Source: an uncultured Actinomycetota bacterium (GTDB taxonomy: Bacteria; Actinomycetota; Actinomycetes; CAVWCF01). Taken from it: DNA of 64,000 nucleotides. Where the stretch lies: contig CAVWCF010000005.1 in assembly GCA_963753435.1 (NCBI GenBank), positions 153,373 through 217,372 on the forward strand, in the 5' to 3' direction. Position numbers and translations under genes: made by a program. Of this stretch, positions 27,923 through 38,466 are shown piece by piece. The number at the start of each line of letters is the position of its first letter. The stretch's first letter is position 1. The notes beneath the pieces are model-generated. The model ran no database searches. It saw nothing but the letters and a program-made list of their open reading frames with translations, and was not told the DNA's origin.

Positions 27923-29113
27923 GTGTCTTTGCCGCCATTGGTCGACCCGGCCGCTGACCTGTCCGTAGACGAGGTCCGCCGCTACAGCCGTCACTTGATC
28001 ATCCCGGATGTCGGGATGGACGGGCAGAAGCGGCTGAAGAACGCGCGCGTCCTGTGTGTGGGCGCCGGGGGTCTGGGCAGCCCGGCGCTGATGTACCTGG
28101 CGGCTGCTGGCGTGGGGACCCTGGGGATCGTCGAGTTCGACGTCGTGGACGAGTCCAACCTGCAGCGGCAAATCATTCACGGCCAGTCCGACGTGGGCCG
28201 GTCCAAGGCCGAGAGCGCGCGCGACTCCGTCAAGGAGATCAACCCCTACGTCAACGTCGAAGTACACGAGACAAGACTCGACACCGACAACGTGCTGGAA
28301 CTGTTCGGGCAGTACGACCTGATCGTCGACGGCACTGACAACTTCGCCACCCGATACTTGGTCAACGACGCCTGCGTGCTTTTGGGCAAGCCCTACGTCT
28401 GGGGCTCTATCTACCGATTCGAGGGACAGGCCAGCGTCTTCTGGTCCGAGCACGGGCCGTGCTATCGGTGCCTTTACCCCGAGCCGCCGCCGCCGGGCAT
28501 GGTTCCGTCCTGCGCCGAGGGCGGCGTCCTCGGTGTGTTGTGTGCGTCCATCGGTTCGATTCAGGTGACCGAGGCGATCAAGGTGCTCACCGGCATCGGC
28601 GAACCACTCGTTGGTCGGCTGATGACCTACGACGGCCTGGAGATGGCCTATCGCCGGATGAACGTGCGCAAGGACCCCAACTGCGCCGTTTGTGGCAATA
28701 ACCCGACGGTGACCGAACTAATCGACTACGAGGCTTTCTGTGGCGCGCTGTCGGAGGAGGCGGCCGACGCAGTCATCGACTCAACGATCTCGGTGAAGCA
28801 GCTCAAGGAGATGCTCGATGCCCGGGACGCCGGTGCCGAGGATTTCGTGCTCATCGACGTTCGCGAGCCGAACGAATACGACATCGTCGCCATCCCCGGC
28901 TCGGTCCTGATCCCCAAGAACGACTTCCTGCTCGGATCGGCGTTGGAAGGGCTGCCGCAGGACAAGCGCATCGTCCTGCACTGCAAGGTCGGCGGTCGGT
29001 CCGCGGAGGTGCTGGCAGTGGTCAAGGGCGCGGGCTTCGCCGACGCTGTCCACGTGGGCGGCGGGGTAGTCGCGTGGGTCAACCAGATCGAGCCGCACAA
29101 GCCGGTTTACTGA
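27923..29113 (+). CDS. moeZ: Adenylyltransferase/sulfurtransferase MoeZ (MoeB + rhodanese)
   Basis: RYSRHL, GAGGLG, SNLQRQ, DGTDNF, CYRC, CAEGG, rhodanese CKVGGRS. Confidence 0.95.
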   Translation: MSLPPLVDPAADLSVDEVRRYSRHLIIPDVGMDGQKRLKNARVLCVGAGGLGSPALMYLAAAGVGTLGIVEFDVVDESNLQRQIIHGQSDVGRSKAESARDSVKEINPYVNVEVHETRLDTDNVLELFGQYDLIVDGTDNFATRYLVNDACVLLGKPYVWGSIYRFEGQASVFWSEHGPCYRCLYPEPPPPGMVPSCAEGGVLGVLCASIGSIQVTEAIKVLTGIGEPLVGRLMTYDGLEMAYRRMNVRKDPNCAVCGNNPTVTELIDYEAFCGALSEEAADAVIDSTISVKQLKEMLDARDAGAEDFVLIDVREPNEYDIVAIPGSVLIPKNDFLLGSALEGLPQDKRIVLHCKVGGRSAEVLAVVKGAGFADAVHVGGGVVAWVNQIEPHKPVY

Positions 29114-29134
29114 CGGTTCGGGTTCAGGGCCGGT

Positions 29135-31504
29135 TCACAGCGCGCCCTTGCGCTGCAGGTACCCCAAGGACAGGTAGCCCGGCGGCACTGGCAGCCAGAA
29201 CGTGACCAACCGGAACAGCAGTACGCCGGGCACACTCACCGCGGACGGGATGCCAACAGCCGTCAAGCCGGCCACCAGTGCGGCCTCGACAGCGCCGAGA
29301 CCGCCGGGAGTCGGCGCGGCCGAACCCAGCGCAGCGCCGGCGAGATAGACCACCGCAACTGCTGACAGCGGTGCCGACACCCCGAACGCCTGCAACGACG
29401 CGTAGAGGCAAAGGATGTAGGCGATATTCAGGAGCAGATTCCCCCCGAGGCCCAACGTCAGCTTCTTCGGGGTCTGCGCGACATCGAGCAGGGCTGGGAT
29501 CACCTGCTGCAGCAAAGGCTGAACCAGTCCGACCACCCGTCGGCGGATTGGGGGCAGCAGGAACAGGAAGATGGTCAGCCCGAGCAGGATCAAGCCGACG
29601 AACAGAACGCGCTCGCTGGGCACCAGTTCGCTGCCGGTGTTGACCCCGGTCACGACGATGGCGATAGCCAGCAGCGCCAGGTGCACGACGAACTGACCCA
29701 CCTGGGCGACGCCGACCTGAGCCGAGGCGACGGAAACCGGCGCACCGGCGCGATTGACGTACCGCACGTTCACGGCCAGCCCGCCGATGGCGGGTGGGGT
29801 AACGAGGGACGTGAAGGAGGCGGCCAACTGGGCCAGGAACGTCCGGCCCCAACGCAGCGGCACGGAGACAAAGCCCATCAGGATCATGGTTGCGGCCAGA
29901 TAGGTGACTAGCGAGAAGAGCAGCGCCACGCCGCCCCAGGCCCAGTTGGCTGCGGTGATGACCTCGACCAGGTCCACCGAGCCCAGCTGCGACAGCAGTA
30001 CGTACGCCCCCAGCGCGCCTGCGACGGCGATGAAGACTGTGCGCGGCGACAGTCGCTCCAATTGGATTTCGGGCACGTCGGCCGACGGCACCTGGCCGCG
30101 GATCTGATCGCGCAACTGACCGAGCAGTTCCCGTCGACCCTTGAGGTCGGCACGGTTGGCCGAACTCAGCGCGATCGGCTGCAGCAAGGCCGTGGCCCGC
30201 ACAACCGGCGCCTTGCCGAGGACTCGTATCGCCGAGTCGACGGCTCGCTCCGGGCCCACCCGTAGCCCGCACGTGACCAGCAGTTCCGCAACGTCAACGT
30301 CACGCCGCAGCCGGCTGCTGGCCACTTCGCCCGCGTCCCACCCGATCAGGTTCACGTGTCGGCCATCAAGCAGCACGTTGCGGGCGGCCAATTCCCCGTG
30401 GGCCAATCCCGCTTCGCGAACATGCCGCAGCTCGTCCCAGATGGCGTCCAGCTGGGCGTCGCTGACGTCGGTCGTCTCGCTCAACGGCACGCCCTGCACG
30501 TGTGTCAGCAAGGTGACGATTGCGTCGTCATCGACCTCGCGGGCAGCCAGGAGCCGGGGTGTGCTGACCCCGGCCCTTTCGGTGGCCAGCGACATCAGGC
30601 TGGCGCGGTCGACTGCCTGGCGCATGGTCCGGGGGACTGGGCGCTGGATTGCCTCGCGCACCCGAATCGCCCGCCAGGCGGCTGGCAGCAGTCCGACACC
30701 TTCGCGGTCCCGGTCGTAGACCCGCACATCCAGGGGCCCGCCCGGCGTCAGCGCCGAGTAGGTGCGCACCTGATCGTCACTGACCAGCGCGAGCCGGCTT
30801 GGTGGGAATCCGGCACCAGCCAGCGTTGCTGCGATCTCTTCTCCGGTGGGGCGCAGATTCGGAGTCCCAAGCGCGAACCGGGTGGCCATGCCCACGCTGC
30901 GGCCCAGCAGCAGCGTCAAGATCATGGAAAGCGCGGTGGCTCCGGACAGCACGTTGGCTATGACACCCAGGCCCACCGCAATCCAAATGAGTCCGCGGAT
31001 TCGCGGTCGCGAGCGGGTTTCGACCACGCTGAACAAGGCGATACCGCCGGCCAGGAACGCGGGCACGGCCGCACTGTCCGCCGTTCCCACCAGCGAGCGG
31101 CGCAACTCGTCCGTGGCGCCGTTCTGGATCCACCACTCCAGGCCGAACGCGATGACTGCAGTCACGGTGAACGCAATGAGCCCGTGCACGAACTCCCGGA
31201 ACTGACGGCGTACCCCGGCGTCGACGGCGAGCACGATCGGCAACACCAGCGCCGCCAGCGTCGTGATGAAGGCCGCAACCGGCAGGAACAGCGTCGGCAG
31301 CAGTCCCGCCGCCTCCTGCACGTCGCTGTCGATGCCCTCAGATGTTGAGGTGGCGAAGCGGGCCAGGAGCAGGACGAGAACGACGCCGATGCCGGCCAGG
31401 ACCGCGCGGGCCAGGTCCACCCGCCGATGCACCTGCCCGGGCTGGTCCGGTTCCTCGACCACGCAGCTAACCGAGGCGCCGGTCGGCGCCATCTGCTCGC
31501 TCAC
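29135..31504 (-). CDS. Lysylphosphatidylglycerol synthase TM (flippase-like) protein with central kinase-like domain
   Basis: N-terminal TMs, central HGELAARNV segment, C-terminal PTPGGLGAVE...LFRLVTFWLP. Confidence 0.85.
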   Translation of the reverse strand: MSEQMAPTGASVSCVVEEPDQPGQVHRRVDLARAVLAGIGVVLVLLLARFATSTSEGIDSDVQEAAGLLPTLFLPVAAFITTLAALVLPIVLAVDAGVRRQFREFVHGLIAFTVTAVIAFGLEWWIQNGATDELRRSLVGTADSAAVPAFLAGGIALFSVVETRSRPRIRGLIWIAVGLGVIANVLSGATALSMILTLLLGRSVGMATRFALGTPNLRPTGEEIAATLAGAGFPPSRLALVSDDQVRTYSALTPGGPLDVRVYDRDREGVGLLPAAWRAIRVREAIQRPVPRTMRQAVDRASLMSLATERAGVSTPRLLAAREVDDDAIVTLLTHVQGVPLSETTDVSDAQLDAIWDELRHVREAGLAHGELAARNVLLDGRHVNLIGWDAGEVASSRLRRDVDVAELLVTCGLRVGPERAVDSAIRVLGKAPVVRATALLQPIALSSANRADLKGRRELLGQLRDQIRGQVPSADVPEIQLERLSPRTVFIAVAGALGAYVLLSQLGSVDLVEVITAANWAWGGVALLFSLVTYLAATMILMGFVSVPLRWGRTFLAQLAASFTSLVTPPAIGGLAVNVRYVNRAGAPVSVASAQVGVAQVGQFVVHLALLAIAIVVTGVNTGSELVPSERVLFVGLILLGLTIFLFLLPPIRRRVVGLVQPLLQQVIPALLDVAQTPKKLTLGLGGNLLLNIAYILCLYASLQAFGVSAPLSAVAVVYLAGAALGSAAPTPGGLGAVEAALVAGLTAVGIPSAVSVPGVLLFRLVTFWLPVPPGYLSLGYLQRKGAL

Positions 31505-31564
31505 CGGGCAATCGTGGCAGAGGATCAGCCCGCAACCGGTCCCGGTCGTGGCCACAATGCCCAC

Positions 31565-31912
31565 ATGGGCACGGCTGCGGACTCCGCCGGGAGTCCCACG
31601 TCAGGGCCCGACGCGGTTGCTGCTGGCGGTCCGCCGGTCTGGGTGGAGCAGGTCCTGGACGCGGTGGATGCCATTCCGGCCGGGTCGGTCAGCACCTATG
31701 GCGACATCGGTTCGGCGGTCGGTTGCGGTCCGCGCCAGGTGGGCAGCGCGCTGTCTCGTTATGGGTCCGGGGTGGCTTGGTGGCGTGTGCTGCGCGCTGA
31801 CGGCACGTTGGCATCGGGGTTGGCGGTGGAACAGTCGCTGCGATTGGCCAAGGAGGGTGTGGTGGTGGTCGGTGCCACCGTGGACCTGTCCCGGTATCGG
31901 GTCGGCGGGTGA
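31565..31912 (+). CDS. Alkyltransferase-like (Atl/MGMT family) DNA-binding protein
   Basis: IPAGSVSTYGDI, PRQVG, WWRV (Trp replaces the catalytic Cys of Ogt). Confidence 0.85.
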   Translation: MGTAADSAGSPTSGPDAVAAGGPPVWVEQVLDAVDAIPAGSVSTYGDIGSAVGCGPRQVGSALSRYGSGVAWWRVLRADGTLASGLAVEQSLRLAKEGVVVVGATVDLSRYRVGG

Positions 31913-32001
31913 GCAGTTCGCCAGGGCCAGCGGCTCGGAGTGGAGAGCTCCGGGCGCGGCACCAGCGGCGCCATGTCGGCCCCATCTGATTGGTTACCCG
32001 A

Positions 32002-35000
32002 GTGTCCGTCGCCGCCGACTTCCGCCTGCTGCCGCCCGCCGCGCTGCCGGCGGTGCCGAAACTGGACGCATCGCAGCAAGCCGTCGTTGATCGCGTCGCC
32101 AAACCCGGGTGCGGCCCGCTCGTGGTCTTGGCCGGTCCGGGTACGGGCAAGACCACGACGATCGTCGAGGCGGTGGCAGCCCGAGTCGAAGCCGGAACCG
32201 ACCCAAGTCGCATTCTGGCTCTGACCTTTTCCCGCAGGGCCGCGTACGACCTGCGGGAACGGCTCAGCACCCGGCTGCGGATCACCACGCAGGGACACCT
32301 GGCGTGGACGTTTCACGGATTCGCATTCGGGCTGTCGCGGCAACTGGCCGCCGCCGAAGGCGACGCCGTGGGTGTCCTGACCGGTCCGGACCAGGACGCG
32401 ATGTTGCGGGACCTGCTGGCCGGGAACCTTGCCGGCGAAGGATCAGTCGTGTGGCCGGAGCACTTGCGGGCGGCCCTCACGACGGTTGGGTTTGCACAGG
32501 TGCTGCGCTCGTGGCAATCGCGGGTCCGCGCTTTGGGTCTGTCACCCATGCAGCTGCAGCCGGGCGATCCGGGCGCTGGTGCTGCGGAGACGGAGATCTG
32601 GCGGGCCGCGGCGGAATTCTTCACCGAGTACCTGGACGTTCTGGATGCGCGCGGTCTCTTGGACTACCCCGAGATGGTCCACCGCGCGGCGCAGTACGCC
32701 GACACCTCGGCGGGGCGGCGGCACTTGCGCGGCACGTACGAACTCGTCGTTGTGGACGAGTACCAGGACACCGACCCGGGTCAGGAGCGGCTACTACAAG
32801 CGCTGGCCGGCGACGGTCGCGATCTCGTGGTGGTCGGGGATCCGGATCAGTCCATCTACGGGTTTCGGGGAGCCGACGTGACCGGGTTGCTGCAGTTCCG
32901 TGACCGGTTCCGATCCGCTGACGGCGATCCCGCCGATGCGTTGACCCTCGGGGTGTGTCGTCGCTTCGGCGCCAACCTGTTGGCCGCTTCGCGGTCCGTG
33001 GCTCGGGCCCTGCCAGCAGCCGGCGCCGGGCTCGTCGATCTCCTGCGGCAGCACCGGGACCTGGAACCTGGACCCGGGGTGGACGTCGGCCAGGTGCAGG
33101 CCAGCACCTACCCGTCCGCATCGGCGCAGTGGTCAGGGATCGCCGACATGCTGCGGCGGGAACACCTCGAAGCCGGCACGCCGTGGGATCAGATGGCCGT
33201 GCTGGTCCGCAGCGGGGTGCGCTCCCTTGCCACTGCGCGGCGCATCCTGGGCGCCGCGGGGGTGCCCGTCGAGGTGGCCGGTGACGAGGTCCCGCTGGCG
33301 GCGGAGCCAGCGGTCGCGCCCCTGCTGACCGCTGCCCGCTTCGTCCTTGATCCGGGTTCGATCACGCCGGAATCGGTGCAGGCCGTGCTGGTATCCCCGC
33401 TCATCGGCGCGGATGCGACGGCGGTTCGGCGGTTGGGCCGACGCCTGCGCCAGGAGGAGCGCCTGGTCGATTCGCGGTTGCCGCGGCCGTCAGACGAGCT
33501 GATCCGGGAGGCGGTGCTGGACCCTCGGGACATCTCAACGATGGAGGAGGGATTGGTTTGGCCGGCGCAGCGTCTGGCCGACCTGCTCGAGCTGGGTCGC
33601 AAGGCGGTTGACGAGGGGGGAACTGCTCATGACCTGCTCTGGGCGCTGTGGGCGGCGACGGCGTGGTCACGCCGGTTGGAAGAGACCGCATTGGGCGGCG
33701 GACCGGACGCCCGAGCCGCTCATCGGGACCTGGATGCCGTTGTCGCACTCTTCGACGCCGCCGCCCGGGACAGTGAGACCGGAGTTCACCGCTCGCCGTT
33801 GGTGTTCCTCGACGCCCTGGTCGCACAGGAGATACCAGGCGGTCCGACCGAGGAGCGCGGTATCTCCGGTGGCGGGGTTCGCCTACTGACCGCCCATCGG
33901 TCGAAGGGCCTGGAGTGGGACGTCGTCGTCATCGCGGACGTGCAGGCCGAGGTCTGGCCGGATGTCCGGATACGCGCCCCCCTTCTGCATGCCCACCGGC
34001 TGACTTCGTCCGGTGTAGGCGAACCACCCACGGTGGCGGCCTTGCTGGCGGAGGAACGGCGGTTGTTCTACGTAGCGGTGACCCGGGCGCGGCGGCGCCT
34101 GGTGGTGACCGCCGTGGACTCCCGTGAGGATGACGGCGTCCGGCCCTCGCGCTTCCTCTCCGAACTCGGCGTCGACATCAAGAGCGCAGACGCCAACGCG
34201 CGCCGGGAGTTGACCGTTGCCGCGTTGGTCGCCGAGCTCCGCTCGGTCGTCGTGGATGACAGCGCCGATCCGGACTTGCGCCAGGCCGCGGCATTGCGCC
34301 TGGCTCGATTGGCTCAGCAAGAGGTAGGGGCGGGCGCGCTGGCTACCACCGCCGATCCCGACAACTGGTGGGGTGTCCGTGATTACAGCGAGTCGGTGGT
34401 GCCCATGTACCCCGAGGGCGCGCAACTGCGGCTGTCTGCGTCGACCCTGTCGGCGGTCGAGGACTGCGGGCTGCGCTGGTTCCTGGACCACGAGGTTCAC
34501 GCCGAATCGGCAACATCGGAAGCGCAGGGTTTCGGTCGCTTGGTGCACGCCGTGGCCGCCGACGTAGCTGAAGGCGGAACTGGGTCGGACGCCGACCTGA
34601 TTGACGGTGTCCTGGACCGCGTCTGGGACGCCTTGGCCTTCGGATCCCACTGGCAGTCCCAGCGTGAGCGCACCGAAGCCAGACAGGCGCTGGCGCGATT
34701 CCTGGCCTGGCATCACGCTGAGGTAGCGGCCGGCCGCAGGCTCGTAGCCGCAGAGGCCAAGTTCCAGGTCGAGTTCGAAGTCGGCGGTCGCCCCGTCGTG
34801 CTTCGCGGTGCCGCAGACCGCGTCTCCGTCGACGCCGACGGTCGGGTCGTGATCGCCGATCTGAAGACGGGTCGTAACAAGCCGCGAAACGACGACATCC
34901 CGCAGCATGTGCAACTGGGCACCTACCAGTGGGCGGTACAGCACGACGGCCTGTCGGACGTGCTACCGGAGGAACCAGCGGGAACGGCGGCGGAGTTGGT

Positions 35001-35217
35001 CCACCTGCGGTTGGGCCGGGATTTGCCCGCCGTGCAGGCCCAGCCCGAACTGACGCCGGACGAGTTGGGACGTTCCTGGGTGGACGGGCTCATCGAATCG
35101 GTGGTCGCGGCGATGGAGTCGGAGACCTTCGTCGCCAAGCCAAGCGATTACTGCCGGATCTGCTCCTTCAAGTCCGTTTGCCCGCTCATGGACGAAGGCC
35201 GGCAGGTGATCACATGA
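32002..35217 (+). CDS. adnA: AdnA helicase-nuclease subunit (UvrD-like + Fe-S RecB nuclease)
   Basis: GPGTGKT, VDEYQD, GDPDQS, HRSKGLEW, EERRLFYVA. C-terminal C...D..DLKTG...CRIC...C. First of a tandem pair. Confidence 0.9.
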   Translation: MSVAADFRLLPPAALPAVPKLDASQQAVVDRVAKPGCGPLVVLAGPGTGKTTTIVEAVAARVEAGTDPSRILALTFSRRAAYDLRERLSTRLRITTQGHLAWTFHGFAFGLSRQLAAAEGDAVGVLTGPDQDAMLRDLLAGNLAGEGSVVWPEHLRAALTTVGFAQVLRSWQSRVRALGLSPMQLQPGDPGAGAAETEIWRAAAEFFTEYLDVLDARGLLDYPEMVHRAAQYADTSAGRRHLRGTYELVVVDEYQDTDPGQERLLQALAGDGRDLVVVGDPDQSIYGFRGADVTGLLQFRDRFRSADGDPADALTLGVCRRFGANLLAASRSVARALPAAGAGLVDLLRQHRDLEPGPGVDVGQVQASTYPSASAQWSGIADMLRREHLEAGTPWDQMAVLVRSGVRSLATARRILGAAGVPVEVAGDEVPLAAEPAVAPLLTAARFVLDPGSITPESVQAVLVSPLIGADATAVRRLGRRLRQEERLVDSRLPRPSDELIREAVLDPRDISTMEEGLVWPAQRLADLLELGRKAVDEGGTAHDLLWALWAATAWSRRLEETALGGGPDARAAHRDLDAVVALFDAAARDSETGVHRSPLVFLDALVAQEIPGGPTEERGISGGGVRLLTAHRSKGLEWDVVVIADVQAEVWPDVRIRAPLLHAHRLTSSGVGEPPTVAALLAEERRLFYVAVTRARRRLVVTAVDSREDDGVRPSRFLSELGVDIKSADANARRELTVAALVAELRSVVVDDSADPDLRQAAALRLARLAQQEVGAGALATTADPDNWWGVRDYSESVVPMYPEGAQLRLSASTLSAVEDCGLRWFLDHEVHAESATSEAQGFGRLVHAVAADVAEGGTGSDADLIDGVLDRVWDALAFGSHWQSQRERTEARQALARFLAWHHAEVAAGRRLVAAEAKFQVEFEVGGRPVVLRGAADRVSVDADGRVVIADLKTGRNKPRNDDIPQHVQLGTYQWAVQHDGLSDVLPEEPAGTAAELVHLRLGRDLPAVQAQPELTPDELGRSWVDGLIESVVAAMESETFVAKPSDYCRICSFKSVCPLMDEGRQVIT

Positions 35218-38200
35218 AACAGCTTCGGTCGCCGAACGATCTAGCCGACCTGCTAGCCGAGGGTCTGCCGTCGGGTCGCGGGTTCCGAATGACCGAGGAG
35301 CAGTTGCAGGCGGCGACAGCGCCGGTCACGCCGTCCGTTGTGATCGCCGGTGCCGGGTCCGGCAAGACGACGGTGATGGCTGCCCGCGTGCTGTGGCTGG
35401 TGGGTTCCGGCCGATTGAACGCCGGCGCAGTGCTCGGGCTGACCTTCACCAACAAAGCCGCCGGGGAGTTGGCGGAGCGAGTCCGGACGCTGCTGGAACT
35501 GCTTGGGCCCGCGGCCGACGGTGACGGCACAGGGTTGCCGACAGTTGCCACCTACCACTCTTACGCGGCCCGACTGCTACGCGACCACGGCATCCGCCTC
35601 GGGATCGAGCCGCATGCCCGATTGTTGACCGACGCGGGTCGCTACCAACTGGCCGAGCGGGTGCTGCGCCGGGCGCGGGGGCCGTTCGAGTACTTGTCGA
35701 CCCATCTGCCGACGACGACTACGTACCTGCTTGCCCTCGACGCGGAACTGAACGAACACCTGGTGGAGCCGGCGGACGCCATGACTGCGTGCGGTGACTT
35801 GATTGCTCGGATCGACGGCCTGGCCAAGACGACAGCAAAGATCCGCGACCTGCGCACTGTTACGGCCCGACGGCTGGAATTGCTGCAACTGGTCGGCGAG
35901 CTCCGCAGGGCCAAGGAGGCTCGGGATCTGGTGGACTTCGGCGACCAGATGGCAGCAGCGGCACGGCTGGCGCGAGACCACCCGGACGTGGCGCGGGCCG
36001 AGTCGGCGCAGTACGAAGTCGTTCTGCTGGACGAGTACCAGGACACATCGGTCACACAGAAGGAGTTGATGCGGGGCCTGTTCGGCGGCGGGCACCCGGT
36101 CACGGCGGTGGGCGACCCCTGTCAGGCCATCTACGGCTGGCGCGGCGCCTCGGTGCGCAACCTCGGCCGGTTCCAGCAGGAGTTCCCGACTTCTGACGGC
36201 CGCCCCGCGCTGCGCTTCGACCTCACGCAGAACAACCGCAGTGGTGGACGACTCCTTGACCTCGCCAACGAGATGTCCAGCCAACTGCGCACCCGCCACG
36301 ACGTGCTGAAGTTGGCACCTCGTCCGGACGCTGCCGACCAAGGCGACATCAGCTGCGCCCTGCTGGAGTCCTACGCCGACGAAGTGGACTGGGTGACCAA
36401 GCAGGTCTCTCGCGAGATCGCCTCCGGCGCGAACCCAAGAGACATAGCGGTGCTGGTTCGACGACGCAGCGAGTTCGCCGCCTACTTCGACTCCTTCACC
36501 GCTGCCGGGATTCCGGTAGAAGTTGTGGGACTGGGTGGCCTGCTGAGCCTTCCCGAAGTCGCCGAAGTCGTGGCGACGTTGCGCGTCATCGACGAACCGA
36601 CCGCCAACGCGGACCTGGTTCGGCTGCTCAGCGGCCCCCGATGGCGCGTGGGCCCGCGAGACCTGGTTCTCCTCGGCCGCCGGGCGGCAGCCTTGGCCCG
36701 CTCCGTCCGCGACCACGAACACGATTCCGATCCGGCGTCGGTCGGGGAGTCCGACCCGCTGGCCGATGCTGTCGCCGGGGTGGATCCGGTCGACGTCGTG
36801 GCGCTGTCGGAGGCATTGGCGGATCCGGGCAACGGCCCCTACTCGGCTGCTGCGATCCAGCGTTACGCCGCGCTTGCTCAAGAACTCCAGCAGCTGCGCC
36901 GGCACGCCGGTGAGCCGCTGCTGGATCTGGTGCACCGAGTGGTGGCCACGTTGGGATTGGACGTGGAGATGTCCGCGACACCGCGGGCGCTGACAACACA
37001 GCGGCCCGCGGGACTAGCGGCGTTCACGGACGTCGTCGCCCAGTTCGCGGACATCGACAATCGAACTGGGATCCGGCCATTCCTCGCCTACTTGGACGCG
37101 GCCGTCGAGCAAGAGCACGGATTGGACACAACAGCGCCGAGCGATTCCGACACGGTCAAGGTGATGACGGTCCACAAGGCCAAAGGGTTGGAGTGGGACG
37201 TTGTGGTCCTACCCGCCTTGGCCGATCGGGTGTTCCCAGACCCCAAGGGCCGGGCCTCGTGGCTGACTCAGGCTCAGGTCCTGCCGTTCGCGTTGCGCGG
37301 CGACGCCGAAGACTTCCCGGCCGAGCCGGACCTGAACAACAAGGGCATCGAAGCCTTCGCAGCGCAGATGAAGCAGATGTCCGGCATCGAGGAGGATCGG
37401 TTGGGCTACGTGGCGGTGACCAGGCCGAAGCGGCGGCTGATCGCCTCCGCGCACTGGTGGGGCCCCGACCAGGTGAAGCCACGCGGCCCGTCCGCCTTCC
37501 TCGCGCTCATCCGCGAGCACCTGAACGCGCGCGGGCTGGCACCGGACGTGTGGGCCCAACCACCCGGTGACGGTGCCAACAACCCCGCTCGCGAAGCGGT
37601 GCAGCGCACCGCGCAGTGGCCGCCGCCAGCCGACCCCGCGGGGGAGTCGGCTCGGCGTGCGGGTGCGGACCTGGTGCGTGCGGCTCTGCGCGGCGAGATC
37701 CCCGAGGCAGGCTTGGAGTTGGCGAGTGATCTGGCGGAGCGGGTCGCGGGTTGGGACGCGGACCTGGAGGTGCTCGTGGCCGAGGCGGTCGCCGCGCACG
37801 CGCCCGTGCGCGAGGTCGTGCTGCCGCGATCCTTGTCGGCGTCGCGCTTGGTGACCTTGGCTGCCGACCCGCAATCGCTTGCCAAACAGTTGTATCGCCC
37901 GCTGCCACGCCGTCCGGCGCCCGCCGCCCGCCGAGGCACGCGCTTCCACGCCTGGGTGGAGTCGCTGTTCGGCGAGCAGCCACTGCTCGATGTCGACGAC
38001 GTCGGTGGGTCCGCCGATGACGCGCTGAGCGATGACGAGATGGCCGCGCTGCAGCAGGCCTTCTTGAGTGGCCCCTTCGGGGAACGGCGACCGCACGGCG
38101 TCGAGGTCCCGTTCCGGTGGTTGCTCGGGAACCATGTGATCGCCGGGCGAATCGACGCGGTTTACGCCGAGTCCGGCGACGAAACCGCATCAGCTCCGCG

Positions 38201-38465
38201 GTCGGCCGGCAACGAGGCCGATGGCCGCGTCAAGTGGCTGGTCGTGGATTACAAGACCGGCCGCAGCTCGGCGGACCCACTGCAGCTGGCGATCTACCGC
38301 GCCGCCTGGGCCGAACTGGCCGGGGTGCCGTTGCAGGAGGTGGGCGCGGCCTTCTACTACGTGGCGTCAGGCGAAGTAGTTCATCCAGCGGACCTGCCCG
38401 ATCCCGCTCAACTTCGCGACTTGCTCACCGCGCAACCCCTACCGCGAGTACGCACCGGGTCCTGA
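35214..38465 (+). CDS. adnB: AdnB helicase-nuclease subunit
   Basis: ATGA overlap with adnA. AGAGSGKT, TFTNKAA, LDEYQD, HKAKGLEW, GRIDAVY, VDYKTG, QLAIY. Confidence 0.9.
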   Translation: MKQLRSPNDLADLLAEGLPSGRGFRMTEEQLQAATAPVTPSVVIAGAGSGKTTVMAARVLWLVGSGRLNAGAVLGLTFTNKAAGELAERVRTLLELLGPAADGDGTGLPTVATYHSYAARLLRDHGIRLGIEPHARLLTDAGRYQLAERVLRRARGPFEYLSTHLPTTTTYLLALDAELNEHLVEPADAMTACGDLIARIDGLAKTTAKIRDLRTVTARRLELLQLVGELRRAKEARDLVDFGDQMAAAARLARDHPDVARAESAQYEVVLLDEYQDTSVTQKELMRGLFGGGHPVTAVGDPCQAIYGWRGASVRNLGRFQQEFPTSDGRPALRFDLTQNNRSGGRLLDLANEMSSQLRTRHDVLKLAPRPDAADQGDISCALLESYADEVDWVTKQVSREIASGANPRDIAVLVRRRSEFAAYFDSFTAAGIPVEVVGLGGLLSLPEVAEVVATLRVIDEPTANADLVRLLSGPRWRVGPRDLVLLGRRAAALARSVRDHEHDSDPASVGESDPLADAVAGVDPVDVVALSEALADPGNGPYSAAAIQRYAALAQELQQLRRHAGEPLLDLVHRVVATLGLDVEMSATPRALTTQRPAGLAAFTDVVAQFADIDNRTGIRPFLAYLDAAVEQEHGLDTTAPSDSDTVKVMTVHKAKGLEWDVVVLPALADRVFPDPKGRASWLTQAQVLPFALRGDAEDFPAEPDLNNKGIEAFAAQMKQMSGIEEDRLGYVAVTRPKRRLIASAHWWGPDQVKPRGPSAFLALIREHLNARGLAPDVWAQPPGDGANNPAREAVQRTAQWPPPADPAGESARRAGADLVRAALRGEIPEAGLELASDLAERVAGWDADLEVLVAEAVAAHAPVREVVLPRSLSASRLVTLAADPQSLAKQLYRPLPRRPAPAARRGTRFHAWVESLFGEQPLLDVDDVGGSADDALSDDEMAALQQAFLSGPFGERRPHGVEVPFRWLLGNHVIAGRIDAVYAESGDETASAPRSAGNEADGRVKWLVVDYKTGRSSADPLQLAIYRAAWAELAGVPLQEVGAAFYYVASGEVVHPADLPDPAQLRDLLTAQPLPRVRTGS

Positions 38466-38466
38466 G

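Noticed and set aside
31990-38465. Tandem helicase-nuclease pair as a novel defence system
   Set aside because: Matches the known AdnAB resection enzyme in architecture and in its atl/nudC/uvrD2 neighbourhood.
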